Source: Malacoraja senta (taxonomy: Eukaryota). From it: DNA of 64,000 nucleotides. Positions 23,801 to 35,800 of the stretch are shown here, in pieces. Both the position numbers and the translations under genes were made by a program. Under the pieces are notes generated by a model. It made no database searches. It was not told the origin of the DNA and saw only the letters and a list, made by a program, of their open reading frames with translations. Position 1 is the stretch's first letter. Each line of letters opens with the position of its first letter. The DNA lies in assembly GCA_038087875.1 (NCBI GenBank), contig CM075998.1:1986001-2050000 (forward strand), read 5' to 3'.

Positions 23801-26800
23801 GCTTCCACAGCTAACCATGGCAATGAATTCCACAGATTCACCACCCACTGACTGAAGAAATTCCTCCTCATCTCCTTCCTAAAGGAACATCCTTTATTTC
23901 TGAGGTTATGACCTCTGCTCCTAGACTCTCCCATGAGTGGAAACATACTCTCCACATCCACTCTATCCAGGCCTTTCACTACCTGCTGCTCAGAGTACTT
24001 GGCACGAAAGAGAAATAAAAATAGTTTTGTTTAGAAAGACAAGATTTTCTCATCAAAGCGCACATGTCCTTGGCCAGACCACGTGTTGAAATGTTACATT
24101 CCTTCAATATGTCCACCAAATGGAAATTCTGGCAAGTCGGGTACCAGACCAGTGGCATTTCAAACTGAATCAAGATTATTGTAATTATGGCCAATTATCT
24201 TGCCAACTATGCTATTTAAATACAAATTCAACAAATACTTATCCCTGATGTATAGACTAATTATTGTGCTTGATAGCTCCATTTCCCAGCCAGTCACAAG
24301 GCTGGCCTGAAACATTTTCTGGTAACAGAAAATGTTTCAGGCCAGGTCAGGTGCACAGTAGAGAGCATGCTGACTGGCTGCATCGTGGCTTGGTTCGGCA
24401 ACTTGAACGTCCAGGAGCGGAAAAGAACACAGAAAGTTGTGACCACTGCCCAGTCCATAATCGGCTCAGACCTCCCCACCATCGAAGGGATCTATCGCAG
24501 TCGCTGCCTCAAAAAGGCAGCCAGCATCATCAAAGACCCACACCATCCTGGCCACACACTCATCTCTCTGTTGCCATCGGGAAGAAGGTACGGGAGCTTG
24601 AATTCTGGAACATCCAGGTTCAAGAACAGCTTCTTCCCCACAGCCATCAGGCGATTAAACACGACATCAAACAAGCGCTGAACAATAACAGTCTATTGCA
24701 CTTTATCTGTTTATTTATTTGGTACATATATGGTCTCTGGTATATAGACACACTGAACTTTTATCTCCTGTATTATGTTTACATATTCTGTTGTGCTGCA
24801 GCAAGCAAGAATTTCATTGTCCTATCTGGGACATATGACAATAAAACTCTCTTGACTCTTGACTAATTATCTGTGCTGTTCATGCAAGTGGAGCCACGTC
24901 TCAAAACTGATAATTTACATTAAATACGAAACTTGATGAGAATGCACCCGCACCATACCTTCCCTGACAGGTCACCGTGAAATCCACAGCATTTTGCTGC
25001 ACCTCCGACACAGAACCTGGTGCCACATTTGATATTTGCACAATTTCCACACTTTCGATGCTCTCTGAAAGAAACGAATAGGCAAGACAGACCATCAATC
25101 CGAGAACAGCCCCATCTCAGCATCCTCTTCAATAACATCCCACAAATCCATTAGCAGAAAAGTAAAATTATTGAATTCATCTTGGTTGTAGCTTTGAGTA
25201 GTTCAAATGTTGCACCACAAAATCACCAATAGGTGATAGGAAACTGGCTCCAACCTTAGTTTAAGCACCCTCTTCTGTGCACCAGTCCAGTGTACAGAAT
25301 GCAAGCATGAGTGTGATTAAGCCATTCTCATTGCACCACTTTGGGCTGATCTGAAGTCTGACTTTTTTAATACATTGGGATTGGGGGATGGAAATCTAAA
25401 GGGCGCAAACTCCATTGATTTATTGGTATTTGCTTTATTGCATTGGTTCTCAGAGTACTACATAGTCTACTAATTTTCTGTTATATAGTTTATTACATTG
25501 TGGGCGGCACGGTGGCGCAGTGGTAGAGTTGTTGCCTTACAGCGCCAGAGACCCGGGTGCGATCCTGACAACGGGTGCTGTCTACATAGTTTGTACGTCC
25601 TCCCCATGACCTGCGTGGGTTTTCTCCTGGGATCTCCGGTTTCCTCCCACACTCCGAAGACATTCTGTAGGTTAATTGGCTTGGTAAAATTGTAAATTGT
25701 CCCTAGTGTGTGTGTAGAATAGTGTTAATGTGTGGGGATCGCTGGTTAGCACGGACCCGGTGGGTCGAAGGGCCTGTGTGCGCGTTGTATCTCTAAAGTA
25801 AACTAAATTACATAGTGTACTACACTGGTTCCTTCAATTAAAAAAAGCTCTAGGACTAGGCTTGTGGCAAGGAACTTTAATATCAATTTTGTTTTTTTTT
25901 TAGATAGTGTGCTGGTGCTGCATGGTTAAGAGTTTTATCGGCCATTTTGTTGCTGACAAAAAAACTAGCAGTGCTTTGTTTGGAAAGACAAAGTTTTCTG
26001 GACTTACAGAGACTATCAGACAAAGCTCATTACCACCCATTACATCAAAAAAGTATATTAAAAAAAAAAATTTGGATCCTTCAAAGTAACACAGCGCACT
26101 TTTTCTTTCGAATTTAATAGCCTTGCAGTTTTGAAAGTTTGTAGATTTGGTTATGGTGATATCTGACTGCCGGTGGGGGTATCTATTTCAAAGCGGTACT
26201 CACGGATGGTGTTGATGGTGGTGGTGAAGGTGCCGTAGCGGAAAAATAAGCAATTATCTGCCGGCTCCTCGAGAGCCTGTCGTTTCACCAGCAGCAAGCC
26301 CTCGTCAGTGCCTGCGGCAGTCGGCTCACTCTCCTGAATCACCATCGTGGCAAGTTCAACTATAGATTCAAGAAAGTTCAGTTAGTGAGAAGGGTCTCCA
26401 CCCCAAACGACACCCATTCCTTCTCCCCAGAGATGCTGTCTGTCCCACTGAGTTATGGGCCTGTCCCACTTATGCGACTTTTACGGCGACTGTCGGCACC
26501 CGTCATAGGTCGTTGCAGGTCGCCGAAACAATTTCAACGTGTTGAAAATCCAGCGGCGACCAGAAAGACGCTACGACTCTTTGGGCGACTGAGGAGACGA
26601 CTCACGACCATACAGGCGACATGTCGTGGGGTGAAGCCTGTATGGTCGTGAGTAGTCGCCCAAAGAGTCGTACCTTGTTCTGGTCGCCGCTGGATTTTCA
26701 ACATAAGTGGGACAGGCCCATTTCTCCAGCATGTAAACCAAATGACATGGCCATTAAGTTCATGCATGTTGTGTTCATGACATGATGTTGTGACCTTGTT

Positions 26801-29800
26801 GCTGAAGGAACTCAACAATATTGTTACAATGTTTTTTAAGAATGGAACCCACGTAATTTCAGATCATGACATTTCTGTTTTCCCATTGAACAGCAATTAG
26901 ACTACATTAAATGAAACAATTTCACCAAAGTAGGTTTCAGCCAACGTACTAGGAGTTGCAGATTTGTATAAAACATCTCTATATCGCCGTCTATATCTCC
27001 CATTTCCCTTTCCCCTGACACTCAGTCTGAAGGGTCTCAACCCCTCACCCAAGCCTTCTCTCCAGAGATGCTGCCTGTCCCGTTGAGTTACTCCAGTATT
27101 TTGTGTCTACCCTTGCATCTGCAGCTCCTTCCTGCACATCTACAAAACAGCATTTCAGTGATTTCAATTTTTTTTTTAAGTCTCTAATAAAATGCAAATA
27201 GAAAACCTACCGGTTGGTTGTTCCGAGGCAGTGTTTTCCACATTTATAGCTTCGCCGGTGGTGGAGGTTGCTGCAATGATAGCTTCATCAGTGGCAGAGA
27301 TTGCTGCGTTTATGACTGCGTCAGTCGTTGCTGCGTTTATAGCTTGCTCTGAAACTGCGACTGCCACATTTAAGACTTCATCAGTGACCAGGGTTGCTGC
27401 AGTTGCCGCATTTATAGCTTCATCAGCGGAGGGGGTTGCTGCATTTAGAGCCGGTTCTGGGGCCGCAGTTGCCGCATTCATAGCTTCGGCAGTGGTGGGG
27501 TTTGCCACATTTAGAGCCGGTTCTGAGGCCGCAGTTGCCGCATTTATAGCGTCACCAGTAGCAGAGCTTGCTGCATTTGTAGCTGGTTCTGACACAGCAA
27601 GGGCTGCATTTAAAGTTTCATTGGGGGCAAGAGAATTGATGGTGGAAGGAGGATTTGGAACAGGGCCCACAGTGACAGAGGGAAGTATGGTTGGATCCTG
27701 CTGAGATGCTGGTGCAGGGGAATCAGACACTGGAGAAGATATAGTTATAGGTTCAATGCTTGGTGGTTGAGAAGGAGCTGTATTTCCTATGAAAAAAAAA
27801 TTAAAATGCAGTTCTGAAGTCTTTGTCAGATGTACCAGACAAAAACCAAATGAATATCAAATTAATTTCTATCTTTTTACTTGACTCTGTAACAAGTGTA
27901 CCCTTATGCGCTAACATTCCATATCTTTATAAATGACCAGTCATTTGTTGCGATATTAAGAGCAAGAGATAAAGCTGCTGCCACCTATATTGAGCGCAGA
28001 ACAGAATTTTCATAATTGCAGCGGTTTTAAACCAGTGAAATAATTGTACAGGTATTTCGACACATGAATGTCATTGATAAAGTTTAATTTGCTACAGTAC
28101 ACATTTTGGTCTCCGCCTAGCAAATCTGTTGCAAAACTGGATCATGATCATCTTCAGACTGCGATGGTTTTATACAGAACCATCCATTTTAGCAAGCTCA
28201 GTCCTCAACTAAAAACAGAAAATGCTGGAAATAATCAGTAGGCCAGGCAGCGTCTGGGGAGGGAGAAACAGAGTTAATGTTTCACATTAATAACTTTTCT
28301 CCAGGACATTCCTGACTAAACGTCAGTACTCTGAAACATTAAATCGGTTTCACCGTTCACAGATGCTACCTGACCAGCTGGTTATTTTCTGTGTCTATTA
28401 CCGATTTCCAGCCTCTGCAGTATTCTGCTTTTTGAACACTCTGTAATTAAGGTGCCACATGGACACTGAGGCAAGTGATTCATTTACGCCTTTTTTTAAG
28501 ATGACAATGAAACAAAGGCAGATAAATTTTGATTAACCACATTCAAGTTTTCCTCCCACAGTCCAAAATAATGTATTTATGATTATTGAAGACTCAAAGA
28601 TATTAAGGTCTTTCTTCACCATCAAAAAAGCTGACTTGGATTTAAACAGTATAGGAGACAAAAAAAAAATGTTTCCATGTAACCTCCCTGAATACTTAGA
28701 CACCATTGTCTTTTTGGAACACAGTTGCTACTTTAACCACTGGTGGGCATTGAAATTTGACACGCAATCGCTTCTGTTGATACTAGTGCAACAGTACTCT
28801 GTTAAACAATGTAACATATAGCCTTTATTATTTTTAGCAGTAACAAGAATAAACTTGCTATTTGAAAATACCTTTATTTTGGGGGAAAACCTGCAGGAAA
28901 AATAACTTTGTTATTGTGAATCTGGAACTCCCTGGTCCCTAACCCTCTCTCCAGCATTGACACAATTGTCTTTATGGTGCAATTTTCTATAACACGAGGT
29001 TTCTTAGAAACGCAACTATTGCTTTATTGCAGAACTACCTGTATCCAGTTTCGGCTACCCCACATCACAAGATTTAGCCAACCAGAAAGATGGCGAGTTA
29101 AATTTAAAACCCAGAAATGGGTTGCTTCTGCCAATATTGAATCCCTTCAGAAAGCATGTTAAACAACACTCCTAGTTTTTGAAGAAAAGTATAGCCAATA
29201 CTTCTGAACGCTCCTGAATACTTCTTTGTTCTATCTATCACTAAGACCGCCTACTTCCAACTCAGTCTCTGCCTCTACTTCTGCTCAGCTACTCTATCTT
29301 ATTTTATTTCATATATCGGTTTTTAGACTCAACTATTCCGCTGCACTCCAGGTCAACTTGCCATCTTTTATCTTCTGTAAACTTGAGCTTGTGCAAACTA
29401 CTGCAGCCTTTTGGAAAACTCCTGCCAGAAAGTCCCGTTAACGCATCAGTCGTGTACTCACTAGGTTAATTGACTCCCCTTTAAGCAACACCTCTGATGC
29501 ATCTTTTCAAATCCACCCAAGGCTTTGCCCTTCCTGACTCTGCATCTTGTTCCAGCCGAACAATCCACGCAGATCTCGCTCTGTGTTGCTCCAACTCTTC
29601 ATCCCCAGTTTTAATATTTGAATCGGTCCATCCTCAGTAATTGTGCCTTGAGATGCCAAGCCTCCAAGCCCACCAACCCTCCACACCCCTCTTTCTTTAA
29701 GGCACTTTTTTAAAACCTATCTCTTCGAGTCTCGACTATGACTTTTATCATCTGTTCCAATACCTACGTACATGCTTTGCTTTCAAATTTTGATAATGCT

Positions 29801-32800
29801 TCTGTAACATTTTACTACCTTAAAGTTGCTTCTTAAATGAAAGCTGTTGTTAATGCTTTCTTCTTTAAAAAAATAAATCTGCACCCTTTAGCACCATATT
29901 TTTGTTGCCCTTACGCTTTCCTCAGCTGCAACTTGCAAATATGTAAAGTAAAAATGTTGTGAACCATTTCTGCTTCAATCCCAGTGTTTATCATCCTGGG
30001 GGTTTCCTACCTGTAGAAACCTCCCCTTCAGTTGGCTGGCTAGATACAGGAGATACAGTCAGTTCAGAGGTGACAACAGGGGGAGCTGGCGTAGAATCAA
30101 AGATCATAGTTGAGATCATCGGATTTGAACTCTCGGCTGTGGGATTGGCTGTGCTGCACACAGTCGATGGTATGGCGGCCTGTATGTCTACTTGCGGTTT
30201 GAAAGCTCCTGTTGCGAGGTAGATGTGTGTCACTGTGTGGACCCGGGAGATGAGAGTGCCACTGCCATCTCCAAAATCCCAAGTGAAGCTGACGTCAGCA
30301 TTGTTTAAATATTGGCTCGGATCATGGAGTTTAATTCCAAATAGAATTGCCCGGTTCTGTATGAAGCTGTTGTCTGCATCATTGAGATCACTGATTTGGG
30401 AAATCTCAACGGAGAACGGAATCTGATCTGCACAGAAAAATAAAAATTAAATTAGTGCAGGATTTCACTTGATTAAATACTGTTGAACTGTGCCGTTAAA
30501 TTTCAATCCAGAAACACTTGTGTGCAACAACTAATCCAATTGTAGAGACCACTTTGACACGTAACTAGTGTGGAAGAAAAATCAATCCAGGGTGGCGCAG
30601 CGGCAGAGCTACTGCCTCACAGCACCAGAGACCCGGGTTCGATCCCAACCACGGGTGCTGTCTGTACGGAGTTTGTACGTTCTCCCTGTGACCATGTGTG
30701 GGTTTTTAATAGCTTTTAGTACCTATCTGAACCTTTTATGAAGCAAACATTTTGGGGGTATGGCTATAATTCCATGTCCATTCCTGTAATCTCTTGAAAA
30801 GGTGCAGATGGACCTTTGTCCATTCCTCGAATCCCTGTGGAGAAGGACTTCCAGAGTGCTGCTATCTACACAGTTGCAGGGTTTGGATCCAGCAACATCC
30901 ATGAATTCTCCGACACATCGGCGAGACCAAGCGCAGGCTCGGCAATCGTTTCGCTGAACACAATCCGCTCAGTCCGCCTAAACCTACCTGATCTCCCGGT
31001 TGCTGAACACCTCCCATTCCCACACTGACCTTTCTGTCCTGGGCCTCCTCCATTGTCAGAGTGAGGCCCAGCACAGATTGGAGGAACAACACCTCATATT
31101 TCACTTGGGCAGCTTGTGCCCCAGCAGTATGAACATTGACGTCTCTAACTTCAACTAAATGGATACATGCAAAGCGAACATCCAACAATGAACTTTTTTA
31201 AAATGACACAAAGTGCTGGAGTAACTCCGCGGATATGGCAGCATCTCTGCAGAACATGGATAGATGACATTTTGGATCGGAAATGTCACTTATCCACGTT
31301 CTCCAGGGAAGCTGTCTGACCCGCTGAGTTACTCTTGCACTTTGTGTGTTTTTTTAAAATAAACCAGCGTCTGCAGTTCCTTGTTTCTGCAATTGTTTTA
31401 AATATATCCAACAATAAACCATGCACTTTGTCAAATAGCTTCACTGTCCGACGATGTCACTTACCTGTGATTGTAAACCGCGAAGTGGCTTTTCCAATGG
31501 GAATAAATTTATCACGTCCGCGACAATGGTACACCGCTACCTCCATGGTAAAGGAACCCAATGGGATATCTGCTGTGTCGATAGTCAGCAGAGAGGTGGG
31601 ACCACCCATCACCTGCCAATACTTGCCTGGAAGATAGGTCAAAACATGCCAATGCGTCAATTCCTTACGACGGGCCATGATTCATTTTCCCAACCATCAA
31701 TTACAAAGATCTAGACCGGTTAATTCACCTCAGAACACCAGAACAAATTGCAATCTAAACATAGTTAGACACAAAAATGCTGGAGGAACTCAGCGGGTCA
31801 GACAGCATCTCTGGAGAAAAGGAATGAGTGACGTTTCGGGTCGAGACCCTTCTTCAGACTGAGAGTCTGGGCAAAGGGAAACGAGAGATATAGACGGTGA
31901 TATAGAGAGATATAGAAGAAATGAATGAAAGATATGCAAAAGAGTAACGATGACAAAGGAAACTGGCCATTGTTAGCTGTGGGCCGGGTGAAAACGAGTT
32001 ACAGACAATGAAACTCACCAGGATGACATTGAAACTAGTCCAATCGAAGCAGCCTGCTCTCAAAGTGCTGCAGTCTTTTCCCTGAAACTGAACATTTCCT
32101 TCAGAAACTACAGTGCTCTGAATTGCATATTGCATTTTATATATACTTCCATCCATTTTAGATCTGTGGATGTATTCAACAGTTGATAGAACTTTTTTCC
32201 CAGGATGGAAATACCAAATGCTTTACACATTTGCAAATTTCCTTTGTACAATTCTTTATGTTTCATTTAATTAAATAGAAATTATGAAGCCACACAGTGG
32301 CTAGCCAAGTAATTAATTAAAATGTCAGCAATAAATCATATAAGATCAGACCGCATGTACTGTACCATGCTGTGTTTAAAGCCCATCCTTATGCTATGCA
32401 GTCACATTATGACACAGATGGGATCAGCTCTGAAGAAGCTAAATAAATTGTGACCTGCATACCAAGTGCTTGCCACACAAAGATAAATTTGGATCCTTTC
32501 TTCCTCGAGATCCTGGGAAAGGGTTCTCCATCTGGAAACACCTCGTCTTCATATTGCAGAGTATCATTTGGATATACGTGTTCTCCAGCATGTACGTGGG
32601 TGCCTATAGGATACAAACAGGCAAGTTTATAAACTTTACACCAAATACGACCCGCTCATCAGATGAACATTTATTTGATATATTCATACCTTTTTGTACT
32701 TTCGTGCTTCTGGCACTGTGAGGAATAGACAATAGACAAGAGGTGCAGGAGTAGGCGATTCGGCCCTTCGAGCCATTCAATGTGATCATGACTGATCATC

Positions 32801-35800
32801 CACAATCAGTACCCCGTTCCTGCCTTCTCCCCATATCCCTTCTATGAAATCTATGAAGTTAAGAGTTTTACACCTATCAAAATAATTTTGATGCCTATAA
32901 TACAAAAATACCATCTTGCTTTGGACTAAAATAAACATGGTGCTGGACTACAAATTTGAATACACGAGGGGCTAAATGTTATGACTGTCCGGTGGGACTA
33001 GTGTAGATGGGACATGTTGGTCAGTGTGGGCAGGTTGGGCTGAAGGGCCTATTTCCATGCTATATGACTCTATCCATGTGCCTATCCAAAAGTCTTTTAA
33101 ATGCCACTGTCATATCTGCCTCCACCACCACGCCAAGCACCCACCACTCTCAGTGTAAAAAAAAACCCTACCCTGCACATCTCCTTTAAATTTTGCCCCT
33201 CTCACCTTAAAGCTCTGCCCTGTAGTCATTGACATTTCCACTCTGGGGTAGACGTGCAACAAAGAGCTATAACAGTTATCCTGACTTTATTCTATATTCC
33301 TTCATACAATTACCTCACAAAAAGATATCAGTTTCAATTTTAATTATCTATTCCCGATTTCCACTGTGATTTACCTGAAAGTCCTTCCTGACTGCCTCTC
33401 GATTAATGTTATTGTTATGGTCCCAGTATACGTGACAATCAAACATTCTTGAATCTTAAAATTCCTGACTGTTGACAATGGCTGAGTTCTAATTTGAAGG
33501 TTTGCCCCCTTGAGCTTCTCTCGATTTACTCTATCAAATCCTTTCATCGTCATGAACACCTCAGTTAGTTTACCCTTTAATCATTTCTGTTTGAGGGAAT
33601 ACAAATTGACCTCGTGATTTAGCTTTTTTTCCCGCCTTGGTATCTCTGTAGTGAATTTGTGCTTTAATCTTACTTCCTACCAACCCGCCCCCTTCTCCTT
33701 CCCAGCCACGCCAAGATAGTTTGCAATTAATCGCCTCTTTGTGGTTTACATTGTGATCTGTGAGTATTTCTGAAGGTTTGACTTTCCTGCATTTACAGTC
33801 TTAGCCCTCAAACATGTGTACTTAAAGGAATACAATTCTAGTCCTAGAACTATACAGCATAGAAACAGACCTTTCAGCCCATCTTGTCCATGCCGACCAA
33901 GTTGGCATTCTGGGCTAGTCCCATTCGCTTGCATTTGGCCCTTATCTCTCTAAACCCTTCTTATCCACATCTGTCCAAATATTTTTTGAAAATAGTCATT
34001 TATCCACTTCCACGGCTTGCTCTGATTGAGGGAGTTGCTCCTGAGATTCCCTCTTAAATCTCTCCCATCTCACATTAAGCCGGGTTTTAGAGTCCTCTAC
34101 CTTGGAAAAAAGACTGTGAGTGTTCACTTTATCCATACCCCTCATGATTTTGTATACTTCCGTAAAGTCCTTGTAATTTAACCCTTTAAGTCCTGGTATT
34201 CTGAGCAGCCAAGTCATTCCCAATGCTGCCCAGGTTTTCATCGCTGCTGGCCACCCCAGTATTATATTCTTTTGAGACAAAAGATGTCTACTTTTCAGCT
34301 TACCATTCAGAGTACAGTTTTCAGCCCAGACAATTTGTCCGTCAGATCGAATAGTTTGATTCCTGGGGAAATTCAAGTTAATGTAGAAGGTTGATTTAGC
34401 TCCAGTTAAGGTGGGAGCATCGTTGTTAACTTCAACTGAAATTGGTCCTCCTGTAAACAAGAACAACGTCTGATTGTGCATCGCTTAATCATACAAGTTA
34501 ATTGTAGATGAACCTATAAATCGTACATAGTTCCTGGCTCCCTAATCCAAAATGTATCACTGGTTCGTAAACAGAATGGACATTGTCCCACTAGAGTCTT
34601 AATCTGCATGGAACTATTAACCATACAGATGCGCCATGGAAAGCATTTTATCAGGATGCATCACAGCTTGGTTTGGGAATAGCTCCATCCAGGACCACAA
34701 GAAATTGCAGCGAATTGTGGACACAGCCCAGACCATCACATAAACCAACCTCCCTTCCATTGACTCCATTTATACCTCACGCTGCCTCAGCAAGGCCAGC
34801 AGCATAATCAATGACGAGTCGCACCCTGGCCACTCCCTCTTCTCCCCTCTCCCATCGGGCAAAAGGTATAGAAGTGCGAAAACGCACACCTCCTGATTCA
34901 ATGACTTTCTCCCAGCTGTTATCAGGCAACTGAACCATCCTACCACAACCAGAGAGCAGTCCTGAACTACTATCTACCTCATCGACGACCCTCGGACTAT
35001 CTTTGATCGGACTTTACTGGCTTTACCTTGCACTAAATGTTATTCCCACATCTGTACACTGTCAATGGCTCGAATGTAATCATGTATTGTCTTTCCGCTG
35101 ACTGGATAGCACGCAACAAAAGCTTTTCACTGTACTTTGGTACACGTGACAATAAACTGAAATGAACTGATCATTCGTGGGTTATGTTCAACAATCAATT
35201 CCTAGAATACTTCAAAATAAACTTTATATTCTTTATATATTTGTAAATTAACTTAATCCTCTATCACTTCAATATAAATAACTTTTGTCCACCCTTTGCA
35301 TAGATCCCCAAATTCACAAGAACCTGAAGAGTCGTTGAAAGAATCATACACTCTCCAAACCCTGGCAACCCAGGGACACATTTATTTTTATGTTTGTGCT
35401 TCTTATTCACTGATTTATCTTTTTTTAATTTCTGTACACCTGTAAGTTTGGAAGGGGCTTTCATTTAAGCTCATTAACGTTTAAATTCTACAGCAGAATA
35501 CCAAGACATATCAGTGCAAGCAACCCAAAACACTAACAATAACTTGCCTTTATGCAACAAATTTAATTTTCTTAAATGTCCCAAATACTTTACAGCAACT
35601 TTATCAAACAACATTTAACCTAGAACCTTTGGAATGAATGGCTAAGAAGCCTGCAGGCGGTCAGATGTGTAGAGAGACAGGGAGGTTTAGTAGGGAAGAT
35701 ATTCCAGAAGTTAGAGCTCAATAGCTGAAGGTGCACGAGATGTCAACGTTGCAGGAAGGTTTTTAGAGTTTAGAGATACAGCGTGGAAACAGGCCCTTCG

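Noticed and set aside
25502..25575. tRNA-like sequence with A and B boxes
   Set aside because: It is the head of a V-SINE: it runs into the V domain, recurs many times and does not form a complete cloverleaf.
27192..27704. 170-aa Ala-rich ORF on the + strand
   Set aside because: It is the antisense shadow of PMEL exon 7; GCN-rich codons leave the opposite strand free of stops.
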